A stretch of DNA of 64,000 nucleotides from Paraspadella gotoi. Lineage: Eukaryota; Animalia; Chaetognatha. The stretch lies in assembly GCA_051294375.1 (NCBI GenBank), contig JBJCIZ010000239.1:2369476-2433475 (forward strand), given 5' to 3'. Shown one piece after another: positions 56,623 to 64,000 of this stretch. Made by a program: the position numbers and the translations under genes. The notes beneath the pieces were generated by a model that was given only the letters and a program-made list of their open reading frames with translations, had not been told where the DNA came from and did not search any database. Each line of letters starts with the position of its first letter. The first letter of the stretch is position 1.

Positions 56623-57696
56623 ATGGCCGCCAGCGCGTTCAAGAATTCCTTCAAATACTATAAAGCGAGACAGCCGCCACCGGACCTTTCCAAAGTCATC
56701 GATTTTCGAAACGTTGACGCTTTTTCTTCGTCTTCTATCATCCAACACCCGGCTTTCGAGCCAGATTCTAACTTGGAGAAGCCATTCGGGATTCGTTCTT
56801 CCGACGAATTGCGACTATGCAGTCTCTCTCATCTCCCCGGTTTTCTCATCGTGCCCAACGCGTTGACGGAACTCGGTCAACACTACTGGCTTCTTCGAAG
56901 CTTAAAACAACTCCCGAATCTTCCTCACAAATGCAACCTTGATCTTCACTTGACCGTTCCTCGGACGTTAGACGATAGTCTTTACGAAGAAAGCGAGAAA
57001 CTTTTCGGAAATAGTCTGAAGACTCGTTCCGAGTTCGTCTCGTTGCCCATTTATAAACTACGTTGGGCCACGGTCGGCTACAACTATCATTGGGACACGA
57101 AGGCGTATCGCGACGAAGACGTTTCCCCGTTTCCTTCGGACTTGGGGTCCCTCGCCCGTTATCTCGCCTCCGTCATCGGTTACGGCGACGAATTTCGATC
57201 GGAAGCGGCGATCATTAACTATTACCATCCAGATTCTAAATTGTCCGGACACACGGATCACTCGGAGGAAGACCTCGACGCTCCTATCGTCTCCGTCTCC
57301 TTGGGCCTCGACGCCATCTTCCTGCTCGGGGGCGAGACGCTCGACGAAGAACCCACGCCGATATTTTTAAAGAGTGGGGACGTGATGGTTCTGTGGAAGG
57401 AGGCTCGTCTCGCCTATCACGGCGTCCCTCGAATATTTGAGAGATCCGCACTGGCTCCTCTCGAGGAATGTGCCGTCGACTCTTTGGACGAGATGCCCGA
57501 TCTATTGCGGCAGGAGCTAGCCAAGTGCCCTCGGAGGCCTGTGGGACCGAGAAAACTTGCTAAAGACTCTGTCACCCCGGAGCACTTGCGTTACGAAATT
57601 GGACAAACCTTTTACCAACATTACCTGAAATATGCTCGAATCAATATTAACGTTCGGCAAGTTAAATTACAAGATTTAGACCCTGAAACGCACTAA
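56623..57696 (+). CDS. ALKBH1: AlkB homolog 1 dioxygenase
   Basis: FKYYKARQPPPDLSKVIDF, KLRWATVGYNYHW, EAAIINYY, HTD...H iron ligands, RININVR; intronless. Confidence 0.94.
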   Translation: MAASAFKNSFKYYKARQPPPDLSKVIDFRNVDAFSSSSIIQHPAFEPDSNLEKPFGIRSSDELRLCSLSHLPGFLIVPNALTELGQHYWLLRSLKQLPNLPHKCNLDLHLTVPRTLDDSLYEESEKLFGNSLKTRSEFVSLPIYKLRWATVGYNYHWDTKAYRDEDVSPFPSDLGSLARYLASVIGYGDEFRSEAAIINYYHPDSKLSGHTDHSEEDLDAPIVSVSLGLDAIFLLGGETLDEEPTPIFLKSGDVMVLWKEARLAYHGVPRIFERSALAPLEECAVDSLDEMPDLLRQELAKCPRRPVGPRKLAKDSVTPEHLRYEIGQTFYQHYLKYARININVRQVKLQDLDPETH

Positions 57697-57897
57697 TCCT
57701 AAATTATAAAATATAGATTTAGAAAAAATCATCAGAAAACCTGGCTGTTTTAAAATTTATATTTATATTTGTCCTTGTATTTCTTCCTTCGAGACATTAA
57801 ACTGGGAAGAAGTTTTCCAAAAGTGACCTTAATTCGGTTTTTCGGTTTGTTTTTTTTAGAAGTCATTAATACTTTGGAAAAAAAAAATTCCTGAAAA

Positions 57898-59956
57898 ATG
57901 GGGATGATAATGAGCTTGGGAAGCTGCGCGGCATCCCTCGCATGCTGCTTCACGTCAACCGCCGTGAGTTGCTGCTGCAACAACGGACCCGGCTGCAAAA
58001 ATTCCACATCCGCGCGTATCATGTACGGAATCTTTCTTCTGCTCGGCACCATCATAGCGGCGATAATGCTGTCGCCAGGTCTCAAGGACAAATTGGACGG
58101 AATAAAAGGATTGTGTGATGTAAGAAGTTGCAAAGTTAACCCCTGGAGAGCCTCACGCATCTTACGATTAATCGCCTTTTCATTCAGCCCATACCCGGTC
58201 AAAACGAGGCTTTGATCAACTGCTCCGCTGTCGTCGGCTATTTGGCCGTGTATCGCATTTGCTTTGCCCTCGCCGGGTTCTTCTTCCTCATGATGATTTT
58301 GATGATCAACGTGAAGTCATCTCAGGATCCACGGTCGGGAGTTCAAAACGGCTTTTGGGGCATCAAGTTTCTAGTGGTAGTAGGAATCGCCGTCGGCGCT
58401 TTTTTCATGCCGCAAGAGTTTTCCCAGCCTTGGATGGTCATCGGTGAGTAGGCCATTATTTATTTTTCAATATCGTTCCACTTCCTTTACAAAGTATTTT
58501 TTTTCACCAAATATAAATGTTAATGAAGGCAATAGCGGGGATCGCCTGTAATACCCGGGCTCACTGACTTAAGGGCTGCGTAACCTCAGTGACCGCCACA
58601 CGAGCCTAAATAAAATCAAGATGTATTACTTAATACTTTTAATCATTCTTATTAATCCAGGAATGATCGGCGGATTTCTCTTCATTCTGATTCAACTGGT
58701 TCTCATCATCGATTTCGGCCATTCGCTTAACGAAATGTGGGTCCATAATTATGAAGAAACGGAGAACAAGTGTTACTACGCTCTTCTCATCGGCACGACC
58801 TTTCTTTGCTACGGAATTTCTATCGCTGGTGAGGATTGGCAATTTGTGGTTTTTTTTTTAATTTCTCACGTCTTTTATTAACTTTTTTGTCGCAGCCGTT
58901 GTGTTGTACTACGTTTACTACACTACTCCGGACGATTGTACCACGCACAAAGCCTTCATATCCATCAATCTGATTCTCTGCGTCATTTTCACGGTTATCT
59001 CTATCTTACCCAAGGTATGAGCAGATTATTATTAGATCCTTGTTTCATTCTTGAGTAACGTTGGCCCCCCCCTTGATCCTTGTAGATTCAAGACGCAAAT
59101 CCCAACTCCGGACTTCTTCAATCTTCTATCATAACATTGTACACAATGTATCTGACCTGGTCGGCCATGTCGAACAACCCCGATAAAACGTGCAACCCCG
59201 ATTGGATGAAACTGGTCAATTCTACTAGCGGGGCGACTCAGAAGCCGGACGAAGTCAGTCATCCAACGTTGGACACTCAGTCGATCGTGGGACTTATCAT
59301 TTGGTTTATTTGCGTCTTGTACTCCACGATTCGCAATTCCAGTCACACTTCCGTGGGCAGGTTAATATTTATAGTATTATAACTGGTGCGACTCTTTTTT
59401 TTTTAATCCACACTCTCGACTATACTGTAATCCTTTTTTTATTGCCATGTATATTTTTGAATCTTTTCTCTTTATTCTTAGTTATTTTATTTTTCTCACC
59501 GTTTTTCCTTTTGCCCTGTTTCATTGTTTTCAGAATGACGATTTCCTCCTCGGAGAAAGCTTTGACCGACCCCGAAGCACCGGCGCCTCTGCCCGACGGC
59601 GACGCCAAGGTGTGGGACGACGAGACGGAGGGCGTGGCCTACAGCTACACCTTCTTCCACTTCATGTTTCTCTTGGCTTCGCTCTACATTATGATGACGC
59701 TGACCAACTGGTTCTCACCATCGAACGATCTTCAAACCCTCAACGCGAATACGGTTCGTCTTGGCCACGTCTTTCATAGTTATTATTACTTGGAGATTTT
59801 TACCTACTATTTATATTCGTTTACATTTTTCGATGAATTAAAATTTAAATTCAGGCGGCCATGTGGGTGAAGATCTCGTCGTCTTGGATGTGCGTTGTTC
59901 TTTATGTTTGGACCCTAATCGCGCCTGCTGCGTTGCCAGACCGCGATTTCGCTTGA
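57898..59956 (+). CDS. Serine incorporator (SERINC/TDE family)
   Basis: Cys-rich N-terminus, [61 protein letters not shown]. Confidence 0.95.
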
Positions 59957-61090
59957 TTTCTTTTCGATCGCGATTATGCGAAAATATTGATTTGCTTTTT
60001 TGTTTTTTTGTTAAGGGAATGCTTCTTTTTGACTAATTGCAAGAAATATTATAAAATAAGCTTCAGTTTTATGTCTAATAATCAGTATTTTTGTCCGATG
60101 GCTTATTTGAATATAAAGTTTTCTTTTTCCCCCAATGCGTGTTAAGATATCTCACAATACTTAATTTCGAACCTCGCAATAGTGTTTTTTTTAGCTATTT
60201 TATGCACGTACGTGGTAACATATGTAATACTAATAATACCTTACGGCTTACACGATTTGTCATATAATCCTGGTGATAACTTTTTTTTAAATACCCATAT
60301 TAAAATTATTCTGCGTAAAATATTGCAGTTGTCAAAATTGTTTTAGGACGTATGAAGAAAATATTCGGTGATATTTTTGATATCATCATCAATATCATCA
60401 ATATGCTTTAAAAACGTACCGAACTGGTATAAAATAATTTCATTCCACCGGTCAGCGCTTGTAAATGGTATTCCCTGTGTTTGCAACTAAATGACCTTAT
60501 GATTTTTTATGCTTATGCAATGTTTAGACCACCTAGTCAATTGATTTCCTTGTCTCTACCAATGTCATAAGTACAAATTGTATGTTTTAATTTTTTTTAA
60601 AAAGTGTTTGTGAAAAAGTTGGTATCTTTTTTTTTTGGGATTCTCGTATCTTACTTTAAAAGATGCATACTTCACATCGTATACCACCGATAGCAATTAG
60701 ATATGTATGCACTTGTGAATTTCTCTTACTCCTACTGCGTACTATCTTTTTTTTACCATTTCAGCGTAGAAAAATGCTTATTTTTTAGGTTATTATAAAT
60801 AAATAGTATTCTTATTCGCCAATTCGGCGTGAGTTAAATATAAAAAAAAACCCGACTTTGTTAAATATCGATACCTAACTTCTGTTTATCCTAAAATGAG
60901 GTCCTATTTAATTAAAAGCACCTCACCGATCAGTTAGGGATTGCAAACGCTTCTCATTGTGCAAGTCGAGAATCGAGATCCTTTGTGGCAGTAAAAAAAA
61001 ACCTCTTTTAATTTATTCAATTGTAGCAGATATATATAATACATGAAGAATTTTACCGGACTTCGTCTAGAATAGGCCAAGGACTGAATC

Positions 61091-62083
61091 ATGCCGTTAG
61101 TTATCATGTGCGGTCAGCCTTCGAGCGGAAAGACTCGTCGAGTGGGCGAACTCATTGCCTTTTTATCTCAGGTGATGCGGATTACAAAATGTTTCCGTCT
61201 CAAATAAAATTTCTTATATATATTAACTAACATTTACGTTTACATTATTAGCATTTTCCCGATCGCCACGTGTCCGTCGTTTCGGAAGACAGCGAAAACG
61301 TATTCGGTCAGAAGGAGAAGAGCGAAATATACAACGACTCTAAAGCGGAGAAAGAGGTTCGATCGGCGCTCAAGTCGGCGGTTATGCGCCTTTTGTCCCG
61401 CGACGGCGTCGTTATCCTCGATTCTCTCAATTATATCAAGGGTAAAAAAAAAAAGTTCCTAATTTTTTTGAAATGAATAACAATTTTAAATTAGTTGGAA
61501 ATATTTAGGATTTCGATACGAACTCTATTGTGCCTCAAAATCCGCTCAAACTACCCACTGCGTTATTTTCTGTGATACTTCTCTCGACATGGTCCGCCAA
61601 TGGAACGGGTTACGCAGCGACACTGAGCGATACGACGCCGAAGTGTTGGAAGCTCTTTGCGTCCGCTTCGAACTTCCGGTGGGCACCAACCGCTGGGACG
61701 CTCCGCTCTTTCGCCTTCAAGTGGAGGACGCCCTCCCGACGGCTCACATCGCCGCCGCCATGTTCGAGCGGAAACCGCCGCCGCCCAACGTTTCCACTTT
61801 GACTCAGTCGCTCGAATCGCCCGACTTTCTCTTCGATTTGGACCAAAAGACTCAAGAGGTCGTCAAGGAGATTTTTCGGGCGCAGCACGGAGCGAGTCAA
61901 GGCGACGCCTTGCGCATCTCGGGGTCCTCGGAAAATTTCATCGTTAAGAATCGAATGCTGCAAATGCCGGAGCTGCGCAAATGGCGCCAGCAATTCCTCT
62001 CTTATTCGAAGAGCCATCCGCCGGATGACGCCGCGAAAATTCCAACCTTGTTCGTCGATTATTTGAATAACGCTGTGCGGTAA
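61091..62083 (+). CDS. KTI12: KTI12 Elongator-associated P-loop protein
   Basis: MPLVIMCGQPSSGKT, VILDSLNYIKGFRYELYC, NRWDAPLF, LFVDYLN; two introns. Confidence 0.94.
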
Positions 62084-62589
62084 AAGGGGGGGTAGTTAAG
62101 TCTTTACTCATCGTTTACTTTAACTTATTCTCGTTACGAACTGATAAATTATGTTTCAGTGAAGGTTTTCTTTTTTAACTCTTTGCTTTCTTCCTCGAGA
62201 AAAAGTGTTATTACTTATTTCGCTTTGGGAAGAATGTCTCCCGGTTTTATATTCAATGAAAAACATTAGGTAGTGATTAAAATCAAAGAATAAGAATTTA
62301 ATTCCATATTTGTCAGTCAGGTTTTAGTTACTGCTTGCACAGGAAATACAAATGTTTGAAATGATCCGATCGGCCTTGATCCAGTGATTGAGTGTCATAT
62401 CGCTCGTGTTTTGTTATGAGGGCCTTAAGGCGTTGTCGTTTTTTTGTCCAGGGAGTTCGACAATTTCTAGTAATTATTTTTGGAAGGGAATATTTTTTTT
62501 CATGCCCACAAAACTAATATGTTATTATTTTTGCGTTTTAGACATAATGGAAGGAAATATAACTAATTGAATATAGTGCGGGGAAAAAA

Positions 62590-63954
62590 ATGACGCTTTC
62601 ATGTGAACAGTCGTCGGAAGAAAGCGGTCTTTTGAGCGTTATCTCACTCTTACGCCAAGTTCGAAAGGAACTGAATTGTATTTTAACAAAGGCTTTGGAT
62701 AACGAAGTCTTCGCGGAACATTTGTCAGCGGTTGAATCTTCGGTCTCTGTGCTTTTGGAAACTGTAACCACTTTGCTGCACACACAAGTAATATTTATTA
62801 TATAAATATCTCTCAATTTCAATTTAATAAAGTACCTAATTCGGTAATATTTTCGTTTTTTATTCCAGATAAAGAAGGAAACTGATGAATCGTCGTTTGA
62901 TTCTCAAATCGACATTACACTTTCAACCTGTCCTTGCCCGGAATCGCTCGATGCGACTTTGGTCGACGATTCCCAATATTCGGATACCGCGCGTCCGAAG
63001 TCCCAACGGAAAAAAGATGGTCTGATCCGTGATGTCGTGTCTGTCGGGCGCCAATCTAATCCGGATTCTGCATCCGGGGAAGGAAAAAAAATAATTCCTT
63101 GTTTGGAGCCAACGAAGAAATCCACGACTAAACTGAGTTCTCTAAATCCACCGAAAGAACGTGGGGAAAATTTGGTGCCCGTACATGACAAGTTTCACTG
63201 TCCGCTGTGCGGAAAATCTTTGAAAAACAAAGGCTGCTTTGAATCACACCTCAAGAGGATCCACGGAGAAAAGAAGTTCCAATGCTCCGTTTGCGGACAA
63301 AAGTACGGACTTCAGTCCCAACTCAACACTCACGTGGCCAGAGACCACGAAGGTCGCATTTATCCTTGTGACTCCTGCGGGAAAACCTACAAAACCAAAA
63401 GCGCCATGATCTCTCACTTCTCTTCCTTTCACGAAAGAATTAAACATCTCTGCAGCGCGTGCGGCAAAGAGTTTTCCCGAGAGGAGTCTCTTTTATCTCA
63501 TAAACTATACGTGCACGAAAATCGCGGGAGCGTGTGCAAGATTTGCGATCGCAAGTTCAAGAGACCCGAGTCTATGCACAAACACGTCAGCCGGGTGCAC
63601 AAAGGGAAGACTTTTCCCTGTTCCGTTTGCGGAAAGGAGTTGGCCACGCCGAAATCGCTGAAGGATCACGAGCAGAACTTTCACGCCGAGGAAAAGAACG
63701 TTTTCGCTTGCAAACTGTGCGGGAAAGTGAAGCACACGCAACGGGGTTTAAAACTGCACGTCGCTTCGGTTCACGAGGGGAAAAAGTTTTTGTGTCCTTC
63801 GTGTCCGATGGAGTTTAGTTGGCACAGTCTAAGGCGGAACCACATAAGGATTGTTCATGAAGGCGTCAAATTTCATTGTCAGCTATGCGGAAAAAACTTT
63901 TCTCAAGGCTCCGCTTTAAAAACGCATACCGATTCAGTGCATGGAAAAAACTAG
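62590..63954 (+). CDS. C2H2 zinc-finger protein (about nine fingers)
   Basis: Exons 62590-62787 and 62869-63954; fingers mostly HX4H type with HEG-like linkers. Confidence 0.88.
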
Positions 63955-64000
63955 TTTTATATAGATATGAACTTTTACGACTGTTAAATTTATGACCAAA

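Overview
Gene-dense, AT-rich metazoan nuclear DNA with short spliceosomal introns. 0-10 kb: 3' end of an ABCA transporter, two orphan genes (one with a calcineurin PxIxIT-like motif and an AKAP-like helix) and a divergent minus-strand PKA catalytic-like kinase with a long basic N-terminal extension. 10-20 kb: repeat-rich zone with an XK-related gene broken by a frameshift and by nested Helentron-associated (HINE/DINE-like) elements, MITEs, tRNA-derived repeats and TTAGGG-related arrays. 20-64 kb: 19 consecutive plus-strand genes (C2H2 ZF, BTBD7, SLC16/MCT, HOP2, COPS9, two CNBP paralogs, FRG1, BIN3 with CEP128 nested in its intron, CTDNEP1, ALG2, EME1, RNF121, SERAC1, ALKBH1, SERINC, KTI12, C2H2 ZF). 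Stop-to-start gaps fall to about 90 nt and unpaired splice acceptors precede many ATGs, suggesting SL trans-spliced operons. Highlights: the same-strand nested CEP128, parallel G-rich poison extensions in both CNBP paralogs, the AKAP79-like orphan beside the PKA gene, and several candidate structured RNAs. All gene models were read by eye; family calls come from recalled motifs, not database searches, and exon edges may be off by a few bases.
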